A stretch of 64,000 nucleotides of DNA from Diadema antillarum (lineage: Eukaryota): positions 83,756-147,755 of the forward strand of contig NW_027271623.1 of the NCBI RefSeq assembly GCF_040938485.1, written 5' to 3'. Of the stretch, positions 12,782 through 26,863 are shown piece by piece (position 1 is the stretch's first letter; every line of letters begins with the position of its first letter). The notes beneath the pieces were generated by a model that saw only the letters and a program-made list of their open reading frames with translations, was not told where the DNA came from and did no database searches. Made by a program: the position numbers and the translations under genes.

Positions 12782-12849
12782 CTGGGAGAAGCTGAACTCG
12801 GAGCTGACTAACCAGTCCTCTCACGTTGTCTTCTATGAAGAGGATTAGG
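12782..12849 (+). CDS. Terminal coding exon of the disordered-protein gene (..DWEKLNSELTNQSSHVVFYEED, stop TAG at 12847-12849)
   Basis: Strong acceptor tgtctttctgcag|AC at 12780-12781. Phase-1 entry matches the donor at 10762 (G+AC=Asp). A short ORF ends in TAG. Confidence 0.5.
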
Positions 12850-15800
12850 AGAAAGAAAATCATTTTCTCTGCATTGTGTCAGTGAATTTTATATCATCTT
12901 GTGCATTAATTTTGTATTGTTAGAATGGAGTTATTTTCTGATGAAATCGGATTATTAATATTATGTGACAAAAGGTTTCCTTTTTTATCATGATGATTTA
13001 CGATAGTATTTGGGCTCATGTGCAAGTGACCTTCTTGTTTTTTTTCTCATTACACAGTGATTATTTTCAAATACAATGCTCCAGTTGTGAAAACAAAATA
13101 TTTTTATGTGAAAGGCCATTAGTGAGATTTACTACTGTAATCACTCTATTGTTTGCCAAAGATTTTGTTTGTTGTGCCCTGAAGTGAGTAAGACCACTGG
13201 CGCTGTGGACAAACCAATGTGAACCACCGAGACACCCTTATCTCATACGTAGGAACAATGTCTTGTGACATGGGATGCTTGTCACCTTTTTCTCTCACTC
13301 ATAAATCAAAGAGCATAGACAGTGCCAATCAAGTCAACCTGAGCATTTGTGTGTAGTACCCAAAATGATTAAATTTAAGCAGTGAATATTTTCCTAAAAT
13401 AATGGAATTAACTCTAGAGAGCCAGAGCAATGATGATCACAATGTCTGAGGGATGTACGACTTAATCTTTTAGGAGTTTGATATACCCTTATATGAAATG
13501 GTACTTAAACCTTCATTACTACTAACAAATATTGCAGTCATAAGGGACAAACCAGGTGCCAGTTTGAATGTATTTATCCTTGAGGTGTAGGGTGATATTT
13601 GCTGGAACTTGTACAAAGATTTCCACATGAATTAACAAGTAACTTGTGAGGTGATTTCAAGAAACATTCTGATGGAAGTGCATTGAAGTCACCATAGCTG
13701 CAGCTCCTGTCAGTCCCATGCTGAATTGAGACCACAAGATTCAGCTTGTGTCCTCAAAGGTATGTGGAAGGTGGAGATTTGGGGGCTCTTGAGCAAATTA
13801 CTAGTAACTTAAACATACATTGTATAATGCTACGTTTACACCATGCTATCAGCGGCCATGGCAGTCATGTTTCAGGCCACTGTGGACAAAACGGATGGAC
13901 ATGGGACGATATGGGATGGGCAAATGTAGCAGACTGTGGCTGCCATGAATGCCATATCAGATATTTGAACTGTCAATAAAACATTTGCCATGGTAGTCAC
14001 TGTGCTGATGATAAACCTAGCAGACCGTAGTAATAGGGGTGAACGCAAGAAAACGTGACAGCACTCAAGAGGCCGTATCTAACATGGAGACAGTCTGTAA
14101 TGGGATGCCACAAGAAATATGGTGTAGTTTAGCCTGACCTGACCAGACGCAGTGAGAAAGGCATCTGATAGCGGCATGTTAACTCAAGCAGAGACTGAAA
14201 CGAATAGGCTAGAATGCGGATTGGGGGGGGGGGGTGAAGATAATCCATGATGTACTTTGTTTCAGGCAAATGGGGCTGCCATGGCTGCTGGGAACATGAT
14301 GTAAACTTAGCATTACTACCTAATATTCAGAAAGGTTGATCAAAGTGCTGGTAAAGTGAATGCAATGACACAACAGCACTCAAATACTTCTCATTCGTCA
14401 TGGAGAGGCAATTTTGCCCACATTTGGGTTTTTGAACTCTTTACTGCTCCAAGAATACCTACCAACTGCCAGGTTGACTGACAGGTTAACACTGATTACT
14501 AGTGGAAACATCTCCTTCATAGTGGGAGCTTATTTTCTCACTTAAACCAATATGCCCAAGACTATTACAATGCATTATATGGCATGCTGCAGAAGTGAAG
14601 GTTCCCTCTTAAAAGGTTTTCAACTCTTAGACAGATAGGATTACTTTTGTTTTCATCTTTTTGTTGTGTGTAAAATGTTCTCATGTTAACACAGTACAAG
14701 CAAGAATGTATACCAACCAGATGGTCATTATACTAGAGTGAGGGTAATATGTTGATCAAGAATGCATACAGAAATGCCAGCTGTTACTTTTTTGTGGTAT
14801 TTAGTAAGTTTTTTTTTGCCCCAAATACTTAAGTTTCATGGTAAATACCTTTTTTTCCTCCAAATTCTATAATGACAAATGTAAAAAAATAATATTTTTC
14901 TGCTGAGAATATGCTTTTTCAGTCATCAGAGTACTGTAATGCCATTTACAAGGTTGGCATCTCTGTCTATGAGAAGGATTAATCTACAGTCATGTAAGAG
15001 AGGATGTATCAAGTACAGCCCTGAGTTGGATTACTTTTCCTCCTGTCACACAACTAGTGCTATCCTTTGCTGGTAGTGAACTCTCAGAGGTCTTCTGCAT
15101 CTTGTTGATTGATGCTCATCAGCCAAGCATGACAAGTTGCCAAGTACATGGGAACATCTTTACGGTATTATGAGCTGCTTTGGGACCAGTGGAATGTCCT
15201 CCTTATATCAAGTATCTTATTATATCAGTGATATAAAGAAATATAAGGGGAATGGGACCTGCAGAGTACCTCATTATGTCAGGTATCTTGCTATATCTGA
15301 CCTCGTGATAACAAGGTTCCGCTGTAGTTACTGTCGATTAATTAGAACCGATATTTCTTCTGTGTAACTTACCATAACTCTCTGCCTCTTAAAATTTGAA
15401 TTACTAAGGGGACAAAACTTTCTAGCATCCGTGACTTGACTTAGGATTTCCAAAAGGTGTCTTCTCTTTTAATTCATTTATGGGATGTTTGCAAGAGAGG
15501 AAGGTTTTGCAATGAAGTGAGTACTATTCAATGCTATCTGTCATTTTCAGCATGCAAATAGCGAAGGTAATGGGAAAAGGTTTTGTAAATATAGAGTTCA
15601 CATCCTGACCTGATGTACAGTACAGTGTCTGTGTCTGTGTGTAAATGATAATGTATCAGAGTTTGGTAATCAAAGAATTGTGGATGTCTCTGAAGTAGAA
15701 GGGTATGAGATACGGTGAATGGAGGGACAGTGTATTGTAGGACAACTGTATAAAGAATCTTCTATTTCAAACACACACTAGCATATGTTTGATATGCCTC

Positions 15801-18800
15801 CCTTAAGTGTTGTTATGTAGCATGCTTCTGTAAATTTTACACATTAAGAGTTATGTGAATAGTTTAATTGCACTCATTAAAAATGAAAAAGATTTTTTTT
15901 TTCAAAAAAAAAAAGATAATTAAGAGTTAAAAAATGTTTATACAAAGATTTGACACAAAGTGTGTGTGATTTGGAAGGAAGAGCAAAGGCATATATTTTG
16001 ATAATTATAGAAGGAAGAAGAGATTTATTACTATGTAACTTTGATCTAGAGTTTGATGCACAGCTTGGCTATGATGCTCTCTTTTCTTTGATATGTGCAT
16101 CAAGACACAGACCGGTCCAATGGCTATCTACAGGCAACTCACAAATGTGATATGAAACACTCTGTCTTTGATGAATTTAATATTTTCCTTCCTTTTTTTC
16201 TTCTTCTTTTTTTCAGTAGCATCAAACTTTTTTTACTTTGAAGCCTGAAGCTGAGCATAAATTGGTCAATGATTAATGCCATGGAGTTCAGTAGATGGCA
16301 TGAACGTGGGAGGGTGGTTTCATTCAGTGTTCAGACCAATTGACTCACTCTTGACCTTTGTATACATGTCTCTGTGAGAGAGAAACAAAGCCAGATTTGT
16401 GTGTAATGAATGTAAAGTTGTTTTTTGACAGCTCTAGGGCACTGTGTGCTAGGTGGTCAATCAGCAAAATGACATGCCTATTTCAAATTGTCTTATTGGT
16501 TGTCATTGCACAGCCATGACCCAAGTCATTTGAAACTGATGATAAGGGAGGCTAGTGCTGCTTCTCCTCCTGAGTGGCAGCATGTGTTGTGACTGTGTTG
16601 CTGGTGTTTGTAGGCCATGTTGAGAATCAACCTGCCTGGTATTAACCCATGGGTTTGTATGTTATTATGCCATGTTTGCTTGGCAGGGATGCTGCATGGG
16701 ATGGATCAGTGCTGCTGCCCTCTCTTGGTCTCCCTGAAAGCAAACAAAAAATGACTTTTGTAGGGCAACTACATGCCATGATGTCATAAGTTGATATGCA
16801 GCCATTTTCCTTGACATGGGACAATCGTTGACCAGTTGGAATCCAATATTGTCACCTGACATGTTTCAAGCTACTCAAAGAATAAATGATAAAAGCTCCT
16901 GTGCTGTTTGTGAAAAAAAAATGCACTTTTTGGTTATACGCAAAACATCACCACAACCACTGATATCATTTTGCAGTGTGTAAGAAAAGTCCATACTGAG
17001 GTGGATGATAATGCATGAAGAAATTTGTTTGTTTATAACTTCAACCTCAAAATGAACAGCCATTTACACATATTCCTTATAGAGAGTGGGGTAACTAAAA
17101 TTTGTTAGAGAGAGAAAAAACAACAACTAAACAAAACAAGTGATATATGACTGACAGAAGTCCACTGTGTAAACTAACCTCCCACTCAGCTTCAGTGTAT
17201 TATTCCCAAGAAATGAAACGTGGCCTACGCTGAATGTGTGGACTTCTTTCAGTCAGCCATTAAAGACTGTTGGGAAACGGATGAAGCAATGTCCTTGATA
17301 AAGAAGCCTTTATAATGGTGATATTTGATTTCATTTGGGACTTTCAATACTGGTTCCCAACATAGTTTACTGAGCACCAGTACTTGTCATGCACTATAGT
17401 AGTATCCCTGGTGTAGACAGGTGTGTTTAGTAATCCCCATTCAGTGAGTACAGCAGTATGGCACTATGACATGGAAGTGGATAAGACTCGAAATTCATTT
17501 CACATGGAAAAACAAGACAAAACAAAAAGGGAGAAGTGTGATACTGTATTTGAGTCTTATTCAGGAGGAGGCTGAGTACCTGAAGTTTCTAAATGCTTGA
17601 CTTCCAAGTGATAGAAGATTCTTATCATGCAGGTGACACACTATGTTTGTTGGAATGGCAGACGCTGTCGACTTTGGAGCCATTACCATTACATGAAAGG
17701 CTGTCTGTGAATGAAAGCAAATGTCCAAATATTCTTCTCTACTGAACTATGAGTGTGTGTGGCGACTGATTTTGGATGTGGAACTGAAATTGTAAGAAAA
17801 AGCATTGACGATAATGTCTTTTGTAACTGATTTCAAAATGGAAGAACCATGGTTTACTGATAAACCTTATTATGTTTGACCCACTAAGCTCCTCTTATGA
17901 CCACTCATTCAAATACAACATGTGTGTCCTGAATCTGTGCCCTCAATTTAAAGTCCGTCATGTTGACCCACACTGAAGAGAATTCCCGATATGTGTAGAA
18001 GACTAAGTCATGATGGATTTATAGTTTAGTGCACACAGAGAAGTCTAAGATATGAGACTATGAGCATATTTTATCTAGAGCTTGAGGAGTCAGCCACATG
18101 ATGTGGGCCACTCTTTGTTATAGAAGATACTGAGACTGTTAAAGACTTCTTGAAATGAGCCTAAATCCACAGGAGTACTAGAATGTCAATGAACCTAAAC
18201 CAATCTGGCAGCAAACAAAGAGTTATAGCATGTCCATGTTTACCTGTCACACGTTGTGCTATTAGTGTACTTATGCCGTGATATCATTACATGAACTTTA
18301 TTTGGAAATAATCATCCGCAGTTGTGTAATTAGAAAAAAAAAATGAGATCATGAGAATGAGGTGAGGTTGAATCTTATTTGCATGTTTTGTTTTCGCTGA
18401 TTGTAACAACCACAAGTGGGTTTAATTGACATGCAACCCTTCCTGAGACTGAATGTATTGTAAGAGTGAGATTTACTGCCAGGAAAGTGAAGTAAATGAT
18501 AGCTCTTGACACAATCTTCATTACAGCTCTATTTTGATTGACTTTTCACTTTCATTCATATATCCACAAAACACACAGTTTAAGTTACTGGAGGAAAAGG
18601 AATCAGGGTGTTTTACACTTGATGAAGGAAATATCTTAATCTGTACTTCAATTTTGTTTTCATCTATCTTGGTGGGAGTCTAAATTACTAACTGCATTTT
18701 GAAATAAGTGATATTTCGTAAAATATTCACCTTGACCACAACCATCAAACTCTAACTGTCATCCCAGTACACTGTATTCTATACCCCTCCCACTATTACC

Positions 18801-19660
18801 ACACATGCAATTTGTCCATTGTCAGTGTATCACATAATGTTGCAAAATTTCAGTGCATCATATTTTGTAGCAACGAAGAATGAGATGGTGTATCACATTG
18901 TGTTGCTACAGGTCAATGTATCACTTTTTTTGTAGCATCAAAAGTGTGTGTCAGACTGCAATGGACCGTAGCCAGTACTAGAGACTGGATAACACCTGTC
19001 GAAGTGCCAGCATACATTTTTTATCCACACACTACAAAACTGTATTGTACTACTTACAGGAGTCAGTTGTGTGGATTTGCTCATTGTTATTCCAGTGAAA
19101 GTGATAACTGTCATTGGCAAGGTCTATAAGAGGATATGAAAGTTATTATCGATACTTCATGAGTTTTGCATAATTAACAGCAATTGTCTAAATAAGACAT
19201 CACCCCATTGTATGTGTAGATTATCCATACATGGTTATTTTTTTCATTTGCAATTTTTTTTGGTCATATTTTCACTTCACCTTCTGCATTTAATGATGCA
19301 TTTTTTTTTCCTGTTTGTCTAAAATGTTATGAATACAAAGAGTTTGATGACTTCAAGTCATCTTCATGTTTACCTTCAGTGATAAAGTGAGTGGACTTCC
19401 ATGACACTCCTGCATTCTGAGTGTTGTACTTAATGTCAACAATGCAGCAGGATTAATCTCATTCATACTGTCAAGCCAAGCAAATTAATGACCTAATATG
19501 TTTGTTGCAGTGAGTGTTTCCCAATCTTTGTAGTGTTTTGAGTTGCAACAAAGGTTTAACACGCCATGTACTCTTTAATACACTTGTAATAGGAATTTTA
19601 GATGCTGTATTAAATGTACTGCATCGTTGTATTTTATTTTCTTTTATTTGTGTGTGTTTG

Positions 19661-19687
19661 TTTGTGTGTGTGTGTGTGTGTGTGTTT
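19661..19687. repeat. (GT)n microsatellite
   Basis: Read directly. Confidence 0.8.
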
Positions 19688-20808
19688 ATGGTTGTGTTTT
19701 GGAATAAGTAACAAGCCACTTGAAGCAAGTGTGTAATCTGTTGGCTTGAAAGAAAACTTGGAGAAAGGAACTTATAAGAAAGGCACTCAAAAATAAACTC
19801 GATACATGAGTTGAATATCATAGGCTTTAGTCCTGAAGTATGTGTCAACATCATTTTTTCTTTAATTGCAAGGGCGTTTGTGTAATGCAGATGACTGAAT
19901 GTTATGTTGCCTGTTTTACATGCATACTGCAAGATTCCATTGTCTTCAGCACTTTGCTAGTTCATATTATCTTCACCTTCAGTTCTGTTAAATTGTATGC
20001 AGAACATGAAAGTGTAGACATGTGTGGCAAATGCAAGACTATCCTATTGCAGTGGTACAGAGCAAGCAGAGTGACTGAATAGACTGTTCTTTTCAAGTCA
20101 TTTGTGTGTTATTTTGTTTAAAAATTGAAATCTTGAATGAAGTGAAATAAAATAAATGTACACTGTAAACACAGAAATTATCAGTACATGTACATGTTTT
20201 GAAATTTGAAAAAAAAAATGTGTAGTAATCTACATCGTGAAGCAGAGCTGCAGTTGTGAGCATGCAACTGAAATGTTCTGTGATAATAATAAGTTATATT
20301 TGGTGCACACTGGTATTTGTTCAGCTGTGAGGGGTCTCCTATTTGAATTGAGACATACACTGCATAAAAGGATAATTATAGTGTATTATACATGTTGCTA
20401 AATTGCTTAACTGAACTCCTTGTGTGGGTACACACAGTGTGTCCTCATCTCTAACAGGTGGTGGGTGTGTTTGATTTACTGAGAAAACTTGACTTCCACT
20501 AGATCAAGGCTTTTCTTCTAATGTTTTGAGAAATCTTGACACACATCTTGAGCTTGCTTCTCATACACAACCTTGTTTGTCAAAAAGGTTAATAAAGGGC
20601 CCTATGTTTAATTACAATGCTTAACATTCCTTGTATGAGAGATGTACAACTACAATGAGCCTCCACCCAGTCAGCTGCAAGCATTTTATTTGTTGCCAAA
20701 GATGGTATTAAAAGAAGCATCAAATTGGGCCAAGGTTCCGCTGCAAAACCACATTCTAACCTGGATGTAACATATCATTTGAACATCATTGAGTGACTGA
20801 AGTATTCA

Positions 20809-21053
20809 AAGAGTTTGTTTGCAAAAACCGTTAAGTCCATTTTTGAAGATTTTGAAGTACGGTCTCTGTCATAAAGTACAAAATAATACCTTTTAAATGA
20901 TACATTGGTCACTACATATAAAGGTACATTTGTGAAGTTATGGTCAAAAGAAGCAAAAATTTCTTATTACTCTCTTTATTTTTCGTGACCATTAATCGCA
21001 AATATCTTCATTTGGCAAATATGGACTTGTCGGTTTTTGCAAACAAACTCTTC
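20809..21053. mobile_element. MITE family C (TIR AGAGTTTGTTTGCAAAAACCG), copy 1
   Basis: About 21-bp TIRs, AAGAGTTTGTTTGCAAAAACCGTTAAGTCC ... GGACTTGTCGGTTTTTGCAAACAAACTCTT. About 90 percent identical to the second copy at 43341-43596. Confidence 0.5.
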
Positions 21054-22224
21054 ATTAGATCCCCTAGGCAGCAGTCGTGGCCTGTCTGTTCTTTACCACC
21101 CGGTGGTCACAATGTTACAATCTTCTTTACTTCAAGTTTCTTACAAAATATGGAAGGCCAACACATTGCTTTCTGTGTATTCAGAACGTAGTTGAAATAC
21201 AGGTTGTGTTCTGAGGTATCTCCAGTCCCAGATGAAGGTGTACTACACAAAGTGTACGTCAAGATGTCAACTTGCAGGAAAGTGTTGACAGAACACCTAA
21301 TGTAGATCCCTCGTTGGGGAACTCTTATTCCCCTCTCAAATGATGAAGAAAGTGCAGCTATTTTCATGAAAGTATACAAGTTACAGTGTAAGTAACTGTC
21401 ATGCTGATCATTTCAGCCCCCAGCTTTAGGAAAGAGTTGTTGCAGATTTTGTTCAGAGGTATTTATAATGAATGCTAAAATTAAGGTTATACATATTATA
21501 AATATATATGAATATATACATAGTCTTCTAGGTATCGCTTTTAGTAAAAATGCACTGTTCAAAAAGTAATTGAATTTTTATGTTGAAATTGAGGAACATG
21601 GAATGTGCTCCAAGTGAGAGCATTTATTGTGTAGGTTTTTGCAATCTGTTACAGTGTAGGTATTTTGCTTCTGATTTTTAAGCAGTTCTTGAGTTAATTT
21701 TCTATAAATATGATTTGAATGGCTACACCATGGGCATGTCATGTGGGTTCAAAGAAGTACAAATCTGGCAGGTGACTGCTGAAGAGTTGAAAACAAAGCT
21801 TGTTTTCTGTGTATTCATTTCACTGGTTGTATGGGTGTTCAGAGAGGTGTGTGAAAATAGTTCTTTTAATTTTTGCAAAAGTGACAATGCTACATACTGT
21901 ACATGCCAAATATTTTTGTGAGATTTTTATTTTCGCGAGTCGGGTGCTATTCGTAAAATTAAAGACACAGGAAAATATTGACTCTGATCACGCTTTGAAT
22001 GTGACGTATGCGTATACATTTCTCCATTCAGTAAAGGATTCCATCATCGCGAATTTAACCACTGGGGAAATGGTCGGGAAGTTCCGATTCTCAAAAATTT
22101 AGACTTGCTAAATATATGGCATATACAGTACGTGGTAGTAGTCACATCAATAGCAGTGGAATCTTGTTACATGTGCAGTTATTTAGAGGTCCGGTGTAAC
22201 AAAACCCTTGTTCAACTAAGTGAT

Positions 22225-22495
22225 TTTGTAGGTCCTCACTCTCCATCAAAGTGATTTTGTAGGTCCCCACTCTCCATCAAAGTGATTTTGTAGGTCCCCA
22301 CTCTCCATCAAAGTGATTTTGTAGGTCCCCACTCTCCATCAAAGTGATTTTGTAGGTCCCCACTCTCCATCAAAGTGATTTTGTAGGTCCCCACTCTCCA
22401 TCAAAGTGATTTTGTAGGTCCCCACTCTCCATCAAAGTGATTTTTCAGGTCCCCACTCTCCATCAAAGTGATTTTTCAGGTCCCCACTCTCCATA
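22225..22495. repeat. 31-bp minisatellite, about 8.7 tandem units (CCCCACTCTCCATCAAAGTGATTTTGTAGGT)
   Basis: Near-perfect direct tandem copies with period 31, read directly. No spacers, so this is not a CRISPR array. Confidence 0.85.
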
Positions 22496-24197
22496 TTTCT
22501 TTGTCTTTGTACCCTAATACACATGGACATTACATGTATGCCCTTTGGTCTCATTCAGGGTCATAATTTACCTAAATATGAGCATGCACAAGACAGCAAT
22601 GTCTGTTAAGATCAGAACATGATAGAAAAAGAAAAAAAAAAGCAAAACAAAACTCATTTCCAAGATGATAAAGAGCTTTATTTCCTCTTGACAAGAAACA
22701 ATAGGTTCTATATAGTCACTTTCTCATAACAAATATGTGTATGGGCAATAAATCTCAAATAGAAAAATACATAATTGCAAAGTGTCAACAAGATACAAAA
22801 AGATATAGATTTCTTCAAAGAAACCTCACAAATAGAATAACAATGATACAGAAAATATAACCTGACATTCTCATGTCATGAAAATTAAAAAAGCAACCAT
22901 GTGCATACTCCATATTCAAAATATCGTTCAGTTTTAAGCTGAACATCTTTTACATGATGCCATAGAACTTCCTACTGTAGCATCATAATTAAACAAAAGA
23001 CACACACCACACACAGATGGCAGCATATAACTAACAGTAAGTCACACATTACAGATTGTGTTCTACACAAAACCTATTAGCACAGAAATGTATTTAGATC
23101 TCACCCACACATATATTACTTTGGTCTTTTCCTAGAAACAAAAACATTTGCAAGGCACGAGTCTACACAAAGTTTGTTTTCTACCTTAATTGTGCCATAT
23201 TTGCATGTTTCTCTCCTTATTCACTCAAATTGGTACACCTTATATCCTGAATGCATATCATGCTGGTAAGATCTCGGTTTCAGCTATGTTATGAAAGACT
23301 AGACAGACGAGTATATGCATATAATATAGCAAATTATGATACAAATCATGTTGTATTACCTAAACTTTCACTGGACAGCAGAAGACTGTATACCTGAAAT
23401 CCTGAGTGCCCTTATTTCTATGTTGAAATAAAGTGAAGGTATGTTGTCTAAGCATCTTTTCAACTTTCTTCACAAAGCACGAGGAGCTGCGGTTCCATCT
23501 CTAGCACTGATCCTTCCTGTTACTGAGTTTTGAACAACATTTCAGCAGAATTCTATCCTACAGCAAGCAGGTACAAGTATCACTGCTGCATACGCCATTT
23601 TTCGTTTGGGGTATTTTCAAGACTGAATACGTGAAGTGTTTTGCAAAAGTGATAAAGAGCCAAAGAGAATATGTATCAAGCTGTAGCGTAGAAACTCAAG
23701 GCATTAAAATGCTATTTGTGTTTTCAGCATTTATTCCATTAAAAATAAAAAGAAGCATAGAAACGTCTTTTTCCAAGCATTCTTTGGATCACATATTCTC
23801 TCTGGCAGTTAAAAAAAGAGAGAAAAAAAAAAGATCTTCAAAGAGTTACGCAGACTTATTCATATCTTTTGTGTCCTGAACACAGACCATTCACTTTATT
23901 TCAGAGAATTTGATTAAGCAGAAAAGACCTTATTTCCGATAACGATTCTTATAGGATATCATTCCCATTTACTGACACCACCCCCTACTGTCCATGGACT
24001 TTCTTTCCACATTGAAAGTTAGTCTAACTATAAGCTTTGCAAGTATACACACCACATGTGTTTCTGTATTACACATTAATAGTTATGCTAAAGCTAACAT
24101 AAAGAGTAGAAGAGGTTCCTGGGAGCTATGTTCCTATATTGATATAGGAGCTTGTGATGTAGTTACTCTGACAGTTAACTCTTCACTGCAGCAAAGC

Positions 24198-24341
24198 TCA
24201 CTCATCAGTATCAACCTGCTCAATGCCTCGCTTGGTGGCAATGTTACCCAGCAGGCCATGTGCAGTGTTGAAAAGGTTGATGGGTGTGGTACCATCGGTG
24301 ATGAGTGTAGACTTCAGACCCAAGGAGGACAGCAGCTTCAC
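24198..24341 (-). CDS. MVP: Major vault protein exon 14 (last; [47 protein letters not shown], stop TGA at 24198-24200)
   Basis: Strong similarity to the vertebrate MVP C-terminus ([32 protein letters not shown]). Acceptor ttgttacag|GTG. Confidence 0.85.
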   Translation of the reverse strand: MKLLSSLGLKSTLITDGTTPINLFNTAHGLLGNIATKRGIEQVDTDE

Positions 24342-25065
24342 CTGTAACAAGCAACAAAAAAGTTATCAAGATTACTATCTATATAAGGTATTTTTAGAGG
24401 TGCATTAATGAATGCATGTTTTGGTCCCTAAATTTGCCTGTGCAATATCTAGGCATGTCCCAATAAACACGATGACAAGAGTATTAATTCCTCATACATT
24501 GTAGGTTACTGTCAGTGGTAAATAGTCGTGCTGTAATACGCTGTATTTTGCCTCATCTGTTGCATACACATTTGCCTGGTGTGCAAACTCTGGCTACAAG
24601 TGCAAGTCACAGCTTAGTGCAGAGTCTACTTCAAATGGAACAATATGGAAAACTGCACTTGCTAAGACCAATATTTCCTGGTTTCCCATGCATTGCCATC
24701 CGAAATGATATCATCATTAATTGAAACTTCTTCTTCCACTGTCTCTCCGTGGTCATTGAGGCCATGTGCAGTATCTTTCTAGTCTCTTACAAAAACGATC
24801 AGCTCATCAACTGAGAATTTAATAAGTTAAAACTTGCATAAATTTTCATTAAAAAAAACCAACTAGAATTTTTACTGTTTTATTCACACTTCTACAAATT
24901 GTCCCATCCACTCGGTGTCAGGCACGAGACGTTTTTGATGTATCTATAAACAGACAGTAAAACATCATACTCATTCTTACAAATAAATCCTTGTATGAAA
25001 TCACTATATACATGGTGTATACAGACATACTTCTGTATCCTTCTGGACACTCTACACACAGTTTG

Positions 25066-25090
25066 GACACACACACACACACACACACAC
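25066..25090. repeat. (CA)n microsatellite in MVP intron 13
   Basis: Read directly. Confidence 0.8.
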
Positions 25091-25122
25091 ATAGTGAGAA
25101 GGAAACTCTTCACAAAACATAC

Positions 25123-25311
25123 CTGCATCTCTGGCCCAGCAGTGGCGATGGAGCGGATGGTGTCGGCACCGATGGCCTGAACCATGTTCCTGAATTTCTC
25201 AGTGTCAATGTCTGCCATCTGTTTGGCCTTGGTCACCTCCAGAGTGTTCTGCTCACGGATGTACTTAGTCTCAGCCTCCCGGGCACTGGTCAGACGCTGC
25301 AACTCAGACTC
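25123..25311 (-). CDS. MVP: MVP exon 13 (ESELQRLTSAREAETKYIREQNTLEVTKAKQMADIDTEKFRNMVQAIGADTIRSIATAGPEMQ)
   Basis: Acceptor cctctgtag|GAG and donor ATGCAG|gtatgt. Matches human ...[26 protein letters not shown]. Confidence 0.85.
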
Positions 25312-25984
25312 CTACAGAGGGACATCAAGAATTAGAAGTCACAGATTAAGATACATGCAAGGATAGCACGATACTACATAAAATAATATACATGTAATTA
25401 TATTTTTTCTAGAATTTGTCTGCTGCCCCCCTATTGTTTGTCATTTTTTGGTTTGCACATGTCTACAAAATTGTATCAGGGCAATTAACTCCCGGCTAAA
25501 TACTGGTTAGTGATAAGGTTACAGTAAAGATTAGGGTTAGGGTTACAATTAGGATTAGGATTAGGGTTAGGGGAAGGGTCTGGGGGTAATTGCCCAGGAC
25601 ATGATTGCCCAAGACCCCTACAAAACCTACCTCTGCATTCATGAAAAAATTCTATTATCTCACATCTTTTTTGTAAATCCTACAGTTTCTTAAGTCAAAG
25701 CTGATGGTTACTGGGTAAATAACAATTCATCATACATAGCTTACATCTTTACCTCACACATGAACTGTGTTAGTAGCTATTCACTTCCTTATCCACAATC
25801 AAAACCAAAGTACATTTCTTAATGAAAGGTGTTGTGTACATTTAGCATCTTACATGCAGGTGTACTTCCTATTACCTCAAAGAGTGTTCGCTACTCTTTA
25901 AGGGTTTTAGTCTGTAGCCAAGGCAGTAGTCATGTGACTTATGATTACTCACTAAGCTTCCCATACAATCTCATCTCCACTCAC

Positions 25985-26228
25985 CGACTCAATCTTGGCT
26001 GCCTCAGCCTTCAGCCTGGCTTGTTCCACAGCAGCCTCTCCCTCAATCCTGGCTGCTTCAGCCCTGGACTGAGCCTCTGCCTTGGCCTGCCCAGTGCTCT
26101 CCACTGCAGCACTGTTGGCCTGCAGCTCTAGCAGCTCCTTGCGGGCCTTCTCTGCCTCGGCTTCGTCCAGGATCTTCTGACGCTCTAGCCGGCCACGGGC
26201 CTCCTGCTCCAGACGCTCTGCCTCGTGC
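25985..26228 (-). CDS. MVP: MVP exon 12 (coiled-coil cap helix: [36 protein letters not shown]...AEAAKIES)
   Basis: Near-identical to human [37 protein letters not shown]. Donor TCG|gtgagt. Confidence 0.9.
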
Positions 26229-26651
26229 CTGGTAATTGTTGGAGAGAAGATGCCTGGTAATGATTTCAGATCAATCAGGAGTGTCATATATATCCTCATT
26301 TTCCCACAGTAGATGCAACAATGACATAAAATGTAGCTTTTAGTTGATTGAATAATACTTTGACACTTTCAAAAACCAATACAATGATAAAAGATGATTA
26401 ACCCAAACTTTTTGGATACTGCCAATTCCAATATAAATGAACACTTGTCCCGGTAATTAAGTCATAGCATCTCATCTTGGTCTTATATTTTAAAGTAGTT
26501 GTGAAGAGGCTTCTGTGTCACCTTCCATATTTATCTGCTGCTTTTGAAGTTGTTCATAGTCAGAGTTTGTAATGATAGAGCAATGGGTATGGTATTGGTG
26601 TAAGGTGTATGGTGATATAAGAGTATGAAAGGAGTAGCCAGGTTTGCCTAC

Positions 26652-26863
26652 CTGGCAGCAGCTTCCTGTGAGTTGGTTGTGATCTCAATGGCTAGCTGCA
26701 CAGATTTCTGCAGGGCATCCCTGGTCCTCTGGTCTACTGGCTCCACAGACTGGATGTCAATGGAGGTGATGACAAGGTTGTTTTGGGGGAACAGGAACTT
26801 TTCGCGAACCTTCCTGTTGTCATCAAAGCCAAAGACGGAGGCACGGATGATTTTAGCCGAGTT
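26652..26863 (-). CDS. MVP: MVP exon 11 (..[60 protein letters not shown])
   Basis: Matches human [37 protein letters not shown]. Acceptor ctgcag|AAC, donor CCAG|gtaggc (phase 2). Confidence 0.9.

Noticed and set aside
19471-19932. Minus-strand 153-aa ORF
   Set aside because: It contains the translated (GT)n/(CA)n run (HTHTHTHT), shows no domain-like sequence and has no splice or start support.
22225-22495. Regular direct-repeat array considered as a CRISPR-like locus
   Set aside because: Units are contiguous with no spacers (period equals unit length of 31 bp). The context is eukaryotic, so it is a minisatellite.
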